This document shows positions 20,035 through 30,139 of a stretch of 64,000 nt of DNA, piece by piece. This DNA is from Fibrobacteria bacterium (GTDB taxonomy: Bacteria > Fibrobacterota > Fibrobacteria > UBA11236 > JADFYW01). The notes under the pieces were generated by a model. The model ran no database searches, was not told the DNA's origin, and was given only the letters and a program-made list of their open reading frames with translations. Numbering within the stretch: the stretch's first letter is position 1; each line of letters opens with the position of its first letter. The stretch lies in NCBI GenBank assembly GCA_050294405.1, contig JBNKOC010000004.1:128001-192000 (forward strand), read 5' to 3'. A program made the translations under genes and the position numbers.

Positions 20035-21833
20035 AACACAACATCTACGCCATTTTATTGATCTCTTTTTTACTGGAAGCCTGTTTATTTTCCGGCGGTA
20101 AAACCGCAGGCACGGAAGATTTTCCCAATACAGTAAGCGCCACTGTTTTTTCTGGCATCGACGAATCTAAAGAATGGAAACAATTTGAAAACTTAAACAC
20201 CGAGTTGCCACAAAACAGTATTAAGGCCAGTGACGCTTCACCACTAGCAAAATCATCTAGCGCAGAAAGCAATCTATTAGCCGCTCCTCAAGAAATGCAA
20301 AACTCTTCTCCAAATTTTGCTTCAGCGGAAGATTTCATTGTAGATACCAGTTATTGGGTAGATGACGGAGAACAAATCATTCATGTTATTGAAAAATCCA
20401 ATTCAACCCACTATGCAGTTGACTCCATTTTTGCCTATGTCGGCAATTCCGGCGATAGCCTTATATCCCGCGTACATAGCGCCCAATACTCCAATTTGGG
20501 GAACTTACTTACATTAGAAACCCTAATAGAGGATTACGACGGCAACAACCATCTATCTCCCATTGAAGGCGAAGCCAACCAAGCCATTATTACAAGTATT
20601 AACTACAAGCTTTTGGGACAGGACATTGTGATAATGATAGCCGATGCGGGGGCTGATTTGGATTTCGGAGAAAACGAAAACAGCGCCACCGAAGACAACC
20701 TTATACTGGAAATAACCGGATTAAACATAAATGCAGACGGCGATACCCTTAAATTCTTCCAGCAAACGGACGCCGATGGAGATGGGTTTATCACCCCAAG
20801 TCCTGGCAGAGAAAATCGGGTGAACAACCAGGAAATTAAGCAGGATATAATTTTAAAAACAAAAACCCACAGCCAAATAACTGTGGATGCAGGAGAAGAT
20901 GATGATTTTGGTGAAAATGGCAACAGCGCCGAAGCAGACAACTTAATCATTCACTTTGAAGTTGCGGTAATCAATCAGCAGGGAGATACCATTAGCCATG
21001 TTTATACCAAAGATTTAGACGGAGACAATATTATTACCGCGATAGCAGGCAATGAAACCAATTCAGCCAGTTACCACAAAATATTGCAAAGCGCCAATCA
21101 GAGAATTGAGGAGACTGTAGAACTCACCGCTGGAAAAGACAATGATTTTGATTTGGAATTCGACAATCAAATAATAAGCTATTCCAAAATCTGGACAAAT
21201 GATCAGGATACTTTATTATATGCCCGTATTGCAGATGCAGATGGCGACGGTATAGCATTTGACTCTCTTTCCGATTCCTCTATTGTAGATGTATACCACT
21301 TAACCACGGGAATCCCACCTCGTAAAGAAACCAAAACCACTATGGTGGTATTTCCTGAAGATAGCACCAAAAACTATCCTATTTACGGAGAAGTTGTCTC
21401 CAGCTGGAATCCAAAAAAATACAAGACTCTTAAAATTTTTGGAAAATTGGAAAACGACCGAATCGACCTTAAAGACACTGTTTTTATTTCTGTGGAAACC
21501 GCACAAGACGATCCAAGTTTTACGCCATTTCAAAGCTCTCTATTTAAAGCTGGCTTAGGAGAAGATATATACTCAGATGAAGACAATGTTTTATACAGTT
21601 TTGAATTTCAGCGAGAAAACCCCAACCAGGAATTTCGGTCCGTGGAATTCTCTTTTATATCCGAAGAACCCATCCCAAACGGCGAAGAACCAAAAGTCGG
21701 CTCAGTGGAAGCCAGACTAGAAACAGGTCCAGATGAAAGTTATTCTTTTGTTGGACTGCTGGTAGATGGCGAACTTTCAGGACAATTAACTCTTCCTGAC
21801 GGCAGCATTAAAGACGTAAACTGGAAGCCCTAA
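20031..21833 (+). CDS. Acidic lipoprotein with internal DxDxDG / DAGxDxDF repeats
   Basis: Lipobox LEAC; about three repeat units, one spacing of 81 codons (20640 versus 20883). Confidence 0.8.
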   Translation: MKHNIYAILLISFLLEACLFSGGKTAGTEDFPNTVSATVFSGIDESKEWKQFENLNTELPQNSIKASDASPLAKSSSAESNLLAAPQEMQNSSPNFASAEDFIVDTSYWVDDGEQIIHVIEKSNSTHYAVDSIFAYVGNSGDSLISRVHSAQYSNLGNLLTLETLIEDYDGNNHLSPIEGEANQAIITSINYKLLGQDIVIMIADAGADLDFGENENSATEDNLILEITGLNINADGDTLKFFQQTDADGDGFITPSPGRENRVNNQEIKQDIILKTKTHSQITVDAGEDDDFGENGNSAEADNLIIHFEVAVINQQGDTISHVYTKDLDGDNIITAIAGNETNSASYHKILQSANQRIEETVELTAGKDNDFDLEFDNQIISYSKIWTNDQDTLLYARIADADGDGIAFDSLSDSSIVDVYHLTTGIPPRKETKTTMVVFPEDSTKNYPIYGEVVSSWNPKKYKTLKIFGKLENDRIDLKDTVFISVETAQDDPSFTPFQSSLFKAGLGEDIYSDEDNVLYSFEFQRENPNQEFRSVEFSFISEEPIPNGEEPKVGSVEARLETGPDESYSFVGLLVDGELSGQLTLPDGSIKDVNWKP

Positions 21834-21849
21834 AAAAAACTTTTGTACT

Positions 21850-21885
21850 AAAGAAGTGCTTTTTAAAGCGTTTCTTTTTGTTTTT
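21850..21885 (+). terminator. Probable intrinsic terminator
   Basis: AAAGAAGTGCTTT / AAAGCGTTTCTTT stem (with G-U pairs) followed by a T-rich run. Confidence 0.6.
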
Positions 21886-21890
21886 AACGT

Positions 21891-22009
21891 ATTTTTGTAA
21901 TCATTTTAAATATGTTTTTATTTTATTTTAAACCCAATAAACCAATTAATATTATTATTAAGCGAATTTTTAACGGTTTTAGTGTAATCATTTTAATAAA
22001 ATTACTTTT
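21891..22009 (+). promoter_or_regulatory. Putative promoter/operator with two TGTAATCATTTTAA boxes
   Basis: 14-bp direct repeat at 21896-21909 and 21983-21996; the second reads GTAATC-N7-TAAAAT-TACTTTT. Confidence 0.55.
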
Positions 22010-22065
22010 CATTTTCCAAAAACAAGGGTACATTAGAATTATCACTAATCAAGGAGCCCTATCAA

Positions 22066-23391
22066 ATGAAACATCTAATCAAAAGCATCTCACTAATAGG
22101 CTGGGCATCCACCTTAATGTTCCTGGCCTGCGTAAACAATGTATCTGAAGAAGACAACCATATTCAAAACAGCGAAGTTACTGCCGAAAGTTCGGTGGAA
22201 ACCATGTTAACAGATGGGTTTAACCAATCCACCCAACTCGAGCAACCCTTCCCCAGCATTGAGGGCGCACCCAGTCTCTCCAATCAAAATTTCCCCTTGG
22301 GAAAAAAATCAGCCTTAGGCAAGTCCGCCGCTGCAGAAGAAGAAATTTCCATAGACTCCAATAACATAGAAGAAGGCTATGCCATTGTGGTTATGAAGAC
22401 CGCCACAGCAGCCTATGAAAAAACAGATAGTATATGGGTGGTGTGGGATGAATTTGCCCAGGATGAAATTGAAGATAATGAAAATATCCAGAAATTTTAC
22501 AGCGGTACCTTTTACGCTGCTGGCAAGTCCGAAGAAATGTGGATCAGCGATGCCGATGGAGATGGCATTGCAAACGGCCAAAGCCAGTATGCTAAAAAGG
22601 TTGAATTAACCTTTAGCAACAGGAGTATTTTGGGAGTAGTAGAAAAGTCCACCATGACTGTGGACGCGGGTCCCGACGCAAACTTTGACAGCGAAGAAGA
22701 TAATAAAATCATATCTATGGAATGGGAGAAAAGCCTGGAGGGCGAAACACTGGCCTACGCCCATTTTTCAGACGAAGATGGCGACGGTATGTTAGTGGAT
22801 AAAAGCTTTGCGACTAATTCTGTTGTAAAAGTTGAAATGTACGAAAGTTCCAATCCCCTTAAACCTCTGGTTGATTGGAGCAAGCTAAATTTAACAGTGG
22901 AAATGAGTGCGGAAAATGAAGAAGGAGAACTCATATCTATTTCTGGAGAAGAAAAATTCAAAAATGGAATCCACAACAAAATAGTAGCCCTTAGCAACGA
23001 CGGAAAAGAAAATATCAAGGAAGCGCAAATTGTTATTGTAAAACTAACATCAGACAACCCCATTGAACAAGATTCCAGCCTGCATTCCGAAGCCGTATTT
23101 GTAATTGACGTGGGCGCAGGGTTTTCCAACGAATCAGACAACAGTGTTTTGGAAATACATTTGGAAAGAGAAAGAAAATTTGGGCTGATTAAATCAGAAG
23201 AGTTCCATTTTGTATCTCAAGACCCGGTTATGGAAGGAGAGGAGCCTACTTCAGGAACAATCGAAATTTTGGTAAACTTTAAAGACGGCAAATCAGCCAG
23301 CCTGGTTGGCTCTTTTGAAGAAGGACATGTGGAAGGAACCCTTACTGGCCCGGAAGGAAACACTGTTAGCTTTAGCTGGACAAAACCCTAG
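22066..23391 (+). CDS. Acidic lipoprotein, paralog of the 20031 gene with fewer repeats
   Basis: Lipobox FLAC; DADGDG and VDAGPDANFD..DN motifs; C-terminus (GEEP..G...G.LT.P.G....W.KP) aligns with the 20031 protein; AAGGAG SD. Confidence 0.8.
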   Translation: MKHLIKSISLIGWASTLMFLACVNNVSEEDNHIQNSEVTAESSVETMLTDGFNQSTQLEQPFPSIEGAPSLSNQNFPLGKKSALGKSAAAEEEISIDSNNIEEGYAIVVMKTATAAYEKTDSIWVVWDEFAQDEIEDNENIQKFYSGTFYAAGKSEEMWISDADGDGIANGQSQYAKKVELTFSNRSILGVVEKSTMTVDAGPDANFDSEEDNKIISMEWEKSLEGETLAYAHFSDEDGDGMLVDKSFATNSVVKVEMYESSNPLKPLVDWSKLNLTVEMSAENEEGELISISGEEKFKNGIHNKIVALSNDGKENIKEAQIVIVKLTSDNPIEQDSSLHSEAVFVIDVGAGFSNESDNSVLEIHLERERKFGLIKSEEFHFVSQDPVMEGEEPTSGTIEILVNFKDGKSASLVGSFEEGHVEGTLTGPEGNTVSFSWTKP

Positions 23392-23410
23392 CTATACCTG
23401 AAAGCTTTTT

Positions 23411-23446
23411 TAAAACCCGTCTCTTAATGGCGGGTTTTATTTTTTT
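23411..23446. terminator. Terminator hairpin between convergent genes
   Basis: TAAAACCCGTC-N7-GGCGGGTTTTA plus a T-run; overlaps the 3' end of the DGC gene. Confidence 0.65.
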
Positions 23447-24413
23447 GGGGAATGTTTATATAAGGCACTTCAATTACCGTGTCTTTGGAATCGCTCCAGC
23501 GACAAACCCTGTTTCGGCCCAACTCTTTGGAGTAATACATAGCCTTATCGGCCCTATCCAAAGCCTGAGAAGAACTATTGGAAGAAGAAATAGAAGCCGC
23601 CCCCGCGGAAACTGTTATTTTAAAATTGTTTTTAAGAAAACGAAAACTTGTGCCTTCTATAGTTTTACGAATTTTGTGGGCTAATACCGCCGCCTCTGGA
23701 GAACTGGAATACGGAGTGATAATTATGAACTCCTCGCCCCCATAACGAAATACAATATCCGATTTTTTTACCTGTTTTTTAATAATACGGCCAATGGATT
23801 TTAATATGTAATCCCCCGCTTCGTGGGAATAATTGTCATTGATTTTTTTAAAATGATCGATATCCAAAAAAATCAAACTGGAACGAATTCCATAACGCCC
23901 TACTTTGCTGTACTCTTTTTTGATACGCTTGTTTAAATAGCGTTTGTTATACACCCCTGTAAGGGAATCCATGTATATTTCTCGCCTTAGGCTTTTATTT
24001 TCTTCCAAACTTTCAATAACAAGGTTTCTGGAATACACCAACATTTGGCGCAATGTTAGTATTCCCAGCAACTTGCCGCGCTCCACCACCGGAATTTGCT
24101 TAAAACCATAGCGGTTTAAAACGGTAAAGGCTTCAGAAAATTTCGCCTGGGAATTTATAGTCACAAGCTGGCCTTTTATAATTTCCTTAATAAGGGTTTT
24201 TTTCTTAAAGGCATTTCCATTTACTCCCAGCAAAACAAAATCCCTGTCCGTCAAAATCCCGACAGGTTTCGCTCCGTTCATAACCACCAAACATGATTCT
24301 TTGTATTCGATCATCATGGCGGCGGCAGTTTGTATAGGCTCATTTTGGGAAATGGTAACCACATGGTCCGTCATTATTTCCCGAATGGGCCTTTTGGATA
24401 AAGAGCTAATCAT
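23424..24413 (-). CDS. CBS-pair diguanylate cyclase
   Basis: Two CBS motifs; DSLTG, DIDHFKKIND and RYGGEEF. Confidence 0.95.
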   Translation of the reverse strand: MISSLSKRPIREIMTDHVVTISQNEPIQTAAAMMIEYKESCLVVMNGAKPVGILTDRDFVLLGVNGNAFKKKTLIKEIIKGQLVTINSQAKFSEAFTVLNRYGFKQIPVVERGKLLGILTLRQMLVYSRNLVIESLEENKSLRREIYMDSLTGVYNKRYLNKRIKKEYSKVGRYGIRSSLIFLDIDHFKKINDNYSHEAGDYILKSIGRIIKKQVKKSDIVFRYGGEEFIIITPYSSSPEAAVLAHKIRKTIEGTSFRFLKNNFKITVSAGAASISSSNSSSQALDRADKAMYYSKELGRNRVCRWSDSKDTVIEVPYINIPQKNKTRH

Positions 24414-24486
24414 TTTCGGTGGATAAATATAATAGGAAATCCCCGAAATTCAGCTGAATTAATAGGAAAATTAGTCCACAATTTCG

Positions 24487-26064
24487 TTAAATTTGAGGGC
24501 CCGCATGGCTAAAATCCAAGTTGGGCTCCGCGTATTTCTTGTAATTTTCCTTAAACATCTCAGCTAATTTTTGGGCAGCTTCATTGTATTTTTTGGCAGA
24601 GTCCCAGCTGTGGGCCGGATTTAAAATACGGCTACCCACCTCTTTTATCTGTATGGGGATATTAAGCCCAAAAACTGGCTCAGCCTCAAATTCAGCTAGT
24701 TCCAGTTCGCCATCTAAAATGGAGCTTATAATTTGACGTGTTATACTTAGCTTCATGCGCTTGCCAAGCCCATAGCCTCCTCCAGACCATCCCGTATTTA
24801 CCAACCAGGCCTTGGCCTGGTGCTTTTCCAATTTTTCCCCTAAAAGCCGGGCGTAATCATGGGGGTGAAGAGTCAAAAAAGGACCACCAAAACAAGGGGA
24901 AAAAGTAGCCTGGGGCTCTGTGATTCCTCTCTCTGTTCCAGCCACTTTCGCGGTATAACCGGAAATAAAATGGTACATTGCCTGGTCCTGGGAAAGCCTG
25001 GCCACAGGAGGCAATACTCCAAAAGCATCGCAGGTTAAAAAGATAACATGATTGGGGTGAGTGGCTTTGGAAACTGGGCGCACAATATTGTCAATGTGGT
25101 ATAAAGGGTAGCTCACTCTTCCGTTTTCCGTTTTGGAAGTGTCGTGGTAATCCACAGCCCCGTCGGAAAGAACTTTTACATTTTCCAACAGGGCATCTTT
25201 GCGGATAGCCCGATAAATATCAGGTTCTCTTTCCTCAATGAGATCGATGGTTTTCGCATAGCAACCTCCTTCAAGATTAAAGATCCCCTCGTCGTCCCAA
25301 CCATGTTCATCGTCTCCAATAAGCTTTCTATGGGGGTCTGTGGACAAAGTGGTTTTCCCTGTGCCTGACAAACCAAAAAACAGAGCGCTGTCCCCGTTTT
25401 TCCCGCAATTGGCCGAACAATGCATGGATAAAATTCCCTTTAGGGGAAGGTGGTAATTCATTATGGAAAAAATCCCTTTTTTCATTTCTCCACCATAAGT
25501 TGTACCCCCAATAATGGCCAATTTTTTTTCCAAATTAAACATCACAAATACTTCGGAGTTTAATCCATGTTCTTCCCAATTTGGGTTGGTTACAGAGCTG
25601 GCGTTAATAATGGTGAAATCCGGATCAAAATCCTCCAGTTGGCTGGCTTCCGGGCGGATAAACATGTTTTTACAAAAGTGAGATTGCCAGGCTATTTCGC
25701 TGACTATTCGAACCTTTAATCTGGTTTTAGGATTCGCTCCACAAAATCCGTCAGTTACATATAAATTTCTTCCTTCCATATGATTACACACCAATTCATG
25801 TAACTCTTCAAAAATTTCAGGGCTAACTGCTTTGTTAACATTTCCCCACCAAATATTTTTCTCAGAAGGCGCTTGGCGAACAATGTATTTATCTTTGGGC
25901 GAACGCCCCGTAAATTTTCCTGTGTCAATGGCAAGAGCTCCCGATTTGGTTGCAACAGCCTCTGCATTTTCTATTTCATGTTTATATAAATCCTCGTAGG
26001 ATAAATTGTAAAACAATTCCCCGGTAGAATTTATCCCGCTTAATAATTCAGATGTTGTGAACAT
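24487..26064 (-). CDS. pckA: Phosphoenolpyruvate carboxykinase (ATP)
   Basis: [25 protein letters not shown] and LIGDDEHGW motifs. Confidence 0.98.
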   Translation of the reverse strand: MFTTSELLSGINSTGELFYNLSYEDLYKHEIENAEAVATKSGALAIDTGKFTGRSPKDKYIVRQAPSEKNIWWGNVNKAVSPEIFEELHELVCNHMEGRNLYVTDGFCGANPKTRLKVRIVSEIAWQSHFCKNMFIRPEASQLEDFDPDFTIINASSVTNPNWEEHGLNSEVFVMFNLEKKLAIIGGTTYGGEMKKGIFSIMNYHLPLKGILSMHCSANCGKNGDSALFFGLSGTGKTTLSTDPHRKLIGDDEHGWDDEGIFNLEGGCYAKTIDLIEEREPDIYRAIRKDALLENVKVLSDGAVDYHDTSKTENGRVSYPLYHIDNIVRPVSKATHPNHVIFLTCDAFGVLPPVARLSQDQAMYHFISGYTAKVAGTERGITEPQATFSPCFGGPFLTLHPHDYARLLGEKLEKHQAKAWLVNTGWSGGGYGLGKRMKLSITRQIISSILDGELELAEFEAEPVFGLNIPIQIKEVGSRILNPAHSWDSAKKYNEAAQKLAEMFKENYKKYAEPNLDFSHAGPQI

Positions 26065-26072
26065 GTCCTCTC

Positions 26073-26366
26073 CTATTCAATTTTTGGAGCCCTATTAAGG
26101 CCCGCCTTTTTTACTCGTAACTTCCAATACACAAGCACAATGACAACATCTAAAACAGCCGACAACAAAAAAGCCAATATTGCCTGAATTTGGAACCAAT
26201 TTTCCGTAAACACATAGGCGCCCAAATTAGCCGCAGCGAAGAGCAGCCAGGAAACCCAGCTAACCCCTTCAATCTTTTTCTCCTTCAAAATTTGCAACAA
26301 TTGAAGCAGAGTAGATCCCGGTAAAATGACAGCAGGTACCCAACCTGCCATTTCGCTAATGGTCAT
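26073..26366 (-). CDS. Small 3-TM PQ-loop/SemiSWEET-like protein
   Basis: Three TMs; [17 protein letters not shown] resembles PQ..K....K....vS; ends 8 bp before pckA. Confidence 0.6.
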   Translation of the reverse strand: MTISEMAGWVPAVILPGSTLLQLLQILKEKKIEGVSWVSWLLFAAANLGAYVFTENWFQIQAILAFLLSAVLDVVIVLVYWKLRVKKAGLNRAPKIE

Positions 26367-26464
26367 AGAAAATCCTATCTCTTATCAATATAGTATGTTG
26401 AGATGTATTTTTTACAGGCAATAGCTGTCAAATTGACTTTAAGCCCAAAAGCGGGGGCGCCAGT

Positions 26465-27328
26465 TTAAATTATTTTGGGCGCTTCGTTAAATCGCAATTT
26501 CAACGTTTGAGATAAAAGCGATTTAAAAAAGATTTCCTGTTTGCTTTGCCCAGACAGTTTATAGGCATGAACCAGGTTTCTAAGTAAACGGGTAATAATA
26601 ACATTCACCGGAGCGGTGTTGTAGAAAAGGGTGTGGTATTTTTCAAATTGAAAGAGTTTGATATTTGGCAAATCCAACTCCGAAATAACCTTTCCCTCAT
26701 TAAAACAGTCAATAAAATAGGTATCGCCTTTGTAAACAGTGCGGGTAATAAAGTGTCCGGGGATATTGCAGCCATATATTTCCATTCCCAAACGTCGGCC
26801 AACCAGCATAAACAAGCAACTTAAAGAAATGGGAATTCCCAATTTTTCCTGAATAACATATCCCATATTACTGTTTCGGGGGTTGTAGAAATCATTGGAA
26901 TTTCCGGTATAGCCCATATCTTTAAACAAAAATTCGTTCAATTCCAAAGGATCGCTGTTTGCGCTTAGAGCCCTGAATTTTCGGGCTAAATTATCCAGCT
27001 CTCCCTCAATTCCACCGGGAATTAAATAATCATTTTGATATTCGCAAATGGCATTTAGCGAAGCTTCTAACCTTTTATTTTCCGGCAAGTCCGCAAATAT
27101 AGATTTCCAGTTTGTTTTTATTTTTGCTGCGGTAAACTCGTGTTCAATTCCAGTTAAAATTTTTTCCTGGTTATGGGACAATAATAATGTTTGCTCTTTT
27201 ATTTTTTCTCTTAGACTCAAGCCGTATTTTTTTAACTCCCTTGTTACATGTAACTTAACCACAGGAGAATCATCGTCCATTAGTTTTATTAGGAAAGGAA
27301 GGTCTAATTTTGATTTTTGCTTTTCCAT
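26465..27328 (-). CDS. SirB1-like transglutaminase-core protein
   Basis: GN..DFYNPRNS, GIPISLS, PGHF and IDCF motifs. Confidence 0.88.
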   Translation of the reverse strand: MEKQKSKLDLPFLIKLMDDDSPVVKLHVTRELKKYGLSLREKIKEQTLLLSHNQEKILTGIEHEFTAAKIKTNWKSIFADLPENKRLEASLNAICEYQNDYLIPGGIEGELDNLARKFRALSANSDPLELNEFLFKDMGYTGNSNDFYNPRNSNMGYVIQEKLGIPISLSCLFMLVGRRLGMEIYGCNIPGHFITRTVYKGDTYFIDCFNEGKVISELDLPNIKLFQFEKYHTLFYNTAPVNVIITRLLRNLVHAYKLSGQSKQEIFFKSLLSQTLKLRFNEAPKII

Positions 27329-27388
27329 AACTTCCAGGCTTTATTCTTATATAAAAATAGATTTTGCTTCTTCGAATAAAAAAGTTTT

Positions 27389-27772
27389 TTATGTAATATT
27401 TGTATTTGGTTTTAGTTTATATACAGTAAACCATACATCCTTTCCAAAAAAGCTCAACTCCCACAAAGCGCCAATTAGGGAAACTTTAGATTCTTGAACT
27501 TCAACCTTCTCAATAGGCCAACCCGGAAGAGTTTCAAAACCCACCTCTCCGGCTTCCCAATTCCAGTTTTCCACAGCCTTGGCCTCCATTAAATAGCTAC
27601 CCTGATTTAATCCATCTTTGAGAAAAAATTCAAAAATAAGGCTGTCACCATTTTTAGCAGGGGTTGCCGATTTTTTACCAAAATAAGCTTTTTTAAGAAT
27701 ATTGGAAAGCTGCGCCAAATTTTTGTCCTTAAAATGGTACACCATAGCCAGGTCATCTTTTGGAATTTTCAT
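27389..27772 (-). CDS. Hypothetical protein (start uncertain)
   Basis: ORF co-oriented with the SirB1-like gene; no recognised motif. Confidence 0.55.
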   Translation of the reverse strand: MKIPKDDLAMVYHFKDKNLAQLSNILKKAYFGKKSATPAKNGDSLIFEFFLKDGLNQGSYLMEAKAVENWNWEAGEVGFETLPGWPIEKVEVQESKVSLIGALWELSFFGKDVWFTVYKLKPNTNIT

Positions 27773-27901
27773 TAGGCTAAATATAAACTCCGAAAAAATA
27801 TTTTTGAGTTTTTTAATGAAAATTACAGAATTACCCGCCAAATGGTGGTAAAATATCCTTGTTTTTAATTTTAGAATTAGCGTTCATTAAAAAATAATAA
27901 A

Positions 27902-30139
27902 ATGGATTTATTTAGAAGTAACTTAAAATTTTCTTCCTTTAAAAAGAGCAATGTCAGTTCTAATTCGAACATGGCAATCCCAAGGAAAGAAATCCAGCCT
28001 GCTAACATTGCAAACTATACAAATGTCGCCCAACCTATTTCTAGCATAGACCAATACCCAAACACCTACCCCATCCTTCCCGAGTCGGAAGCTGAAGGGG
28101 ATTTTAGCATAAAAGAATACATTGGCATAATTTTACATCGCAAATACACGATGTTAGTAACTATTTTGCTTTTTCTTTTCGCGGGTTTCTTCACCCGCTT
28201 TGATTTCAAACCAGAATATATCAACAGTTCTAAAATCCGAATTCTGGAAATGAAGCCCACAGAAAACCCTCTCGAAAAAACCGTAAAACCATCTTCCAAC
28301 CTATTAACTCCCCATTTAGATAACTTAAAGTCCACACCTTTTTTAACCAGTGTACTGCCCCTTTTAGACACCAATATTTCAGTATTGCATCTAAAAAATA
28401 TCTTTCGGGTTAAAGCAGATGAAAATTCAAAAACTATTGAAATATTTGTGCAAAGCAAAAACCCTGATTTTTCGGAAAAATTGGTATCCATTTTAGCCGC
28501 CGCCTATCAGGAATATGACTTATCCATTAAGCAAAATAGCCTTAGGGATTATGAAAATTGGCTAGAAGAAGAATTGGCCAAAAAAGAGCTGGAACTCAAC
28601 GCTATTGATATTAATATTAAGAACTTTTTGGAAGCCAATCCTACTTTTTACAAAGATGGCAAAGCGGAAATTGACCAGGCTCAAAATCAAATAGACCTAA
28701 TCAATTTACAGCTGACGGAAATTGAAAAGGAAATCCAGCTGATTGGAAATGAGTTCGCTGCTACCGACTCCCAAATTTTAAGTGAAATAACTTACGACAA
28801 GCCTCTGCAAAAAGAGCTTTTAAATTTAAAATTGGAGCGTGCCAAGTTATTGTCCGTATATGGGCAAAATCACCGTTCCATCCATCAAATTGATGATAAA
28901 ATGCTATCCATCGCCAAACTCATTGAGGAACAGGCAGACAGCGAATCCAACACTTCTATTTTCATCAGCAACCCCCGGTATTATGAAATACGTGATAAAC
29001 ATCAGCAGCTTAAAACCAAAAGAACTCTATTATTAACGCGAAAAAATGAAATAGAAGGTAAATTAGCAAGTTCTTCCGCTATGTTATCCGCAGCGCCCGA
29101 AATTGATATGCAGTTTGAACGGCTTAACCGAACCAAGGCCATGTCTGTTCAGGCCTTTACAACACTTAAAAACAAACTGCAAGAAACCCAAATGATGAAA
29201 TCCTCCATGCCAAAGGAAGTATTTGTCATGGAAAAAACAAACGGGCCCAGCAAGCGTATTCCCAAAAATCATATTGGACTTTGGCAATCCTTGGGACTTG
29301 GTTTTGCCATTGGATTCATTCTTTGTTTGCTTATGGAAAAGCTCGATGGAACTATCCGAAAATCCATGGAGGTCAAATCGAAATTTGGAATCAACTTGCT
29401 TTCCATTATCCCGCACAGCCCGGAAAACAGAATACGGAATTTTGTAAAAGGCCAGCTCGTGTTAGGTGAGTCGGACTTGGAACCCTTTAGAAGGTTAACT
29501 GCAAACATCAATATAAAATCAGGCGTTGCCGTTGCACATCAACCCAGCACCCTTGTGACCAGTGCCTTACAAGGAGAAGGCAAAACCACCACTGCCGCCT
29601 ATCTGGCCATAACAGCTGCTATGAAAGGCGAAAAAGTATTGTTAATTGATGCGGACTTAAGGAGAAGCAGTATTCACAATTTATTTAACCTGGAAAACAA
29701 ATCCGGCCTTTCTGAGTACCTCTTGGGTTTTGATGAGTATCACGACTGTATTCAAAAATCAAATACGCCAAATCTTTTTGTAATGCCAGCCGGGCAGGAA
29801 AAATTAAGCCTTACCAAAAGTGTTTCCCAACTTAAGTTCCAGGATTTATTGCAAAAATCTTACAGAGAGTTTGATTCCGTGATAATCGACTCCCCTCCTA
29901 CCCTTAAAGTTTCCGACTCCCTAATAATTGCCCCTATGGTATCCCAGGTTTTAATTGTTTTTCGAAGCGAAAAAACACCTTTTAAAGCCGGAGAAGAATT
30001 AATGCGCCAGCTGCAATACATCAATGCGAATGTGGCCGGATGTATATTAAACGATGTGTCTAAAGCCTTTTTTGATAGATACTATTACGACTATTATAAT
30101 TACGGCTACTACGACTACCACTACGAAGCCAAAAGCTAG
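27902..30139 (+). CDS. Wzc-like polysaccharide co-polymerase / tyrosine autokinase
   Basis: Two TMs flanking a coiled-coil loop; GEGKT, IDADLR and IIDSPP motifs; C-terminal Tyr cluster. Confidence 0.93.
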   Translation: MDLFRSNLKFSSFKKSNVSSNSNMAIPRKEIQPANIANYTNVAQPISSIDQYPNTYPILPESEAEGDFSIKEYIGIILHRKYTMLVTILLFLFAGFFTRFDFKPEYINSSKIRILEMKPTENPLEKTVKPSSNLLTPHLDNLKSTPFLTSVLPLLDTNISVLHLKNIFRVKADENSKTIEIFVQSKNPDFSEKLVSILAAAYQEYDLSIKQNSLRDYENWLEEELAKKELELNAIDINIKNFLEANPTFYKDGKAEIDQAQNQIDLINLQLTEIEKEIQLIGNEFAATDSQILSEITYDKPLQKELLNLKLERAKLLSVYGQNHRSIHQIDDKMLSIAKLIEEQADSESNTSIFISNPRYYEIRDKHQQLKTKRTLLLTRKNEIEGKLASSSAMLSAAPEIDMQFERLNRTKAMSVQAFTTLKNKLQETQMMKSSMPKEVFVMEKTNGPSKRIPKNHIGLWQSLGLGFAIGFILCLLMEKLDGTIRKSMEVKSKFGINLLSIIPHSPENRIRNFVKGQLVLGESDLEPFRRLTANINIKSGVAVAHQPSTLVTSALQGEGKTTTAAYLAITAAMKGEKVLLIDADLRRSSIHNLFNLENKSGLSEYLLGFDEYHDCIQKSNTPNLFVMPAGQEKLSLTKSVSQLKFQDLLQKSYREFDSVIIDSPPTLKVSDSLIIAPMVSQVLIVFRSEKTPFKAGEELMRQLQYINANVAGCILNDVSKAFFDRYYYDYYNYGYYDYHYEAKS

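Noticed and set aside
20600..21260. Periodic DNA similarity as a CRISPR-like or tandem array
   Set aside because: Repeats are degenerate, in frame and explained by protein repeats; there are no identical repeats with spacers.
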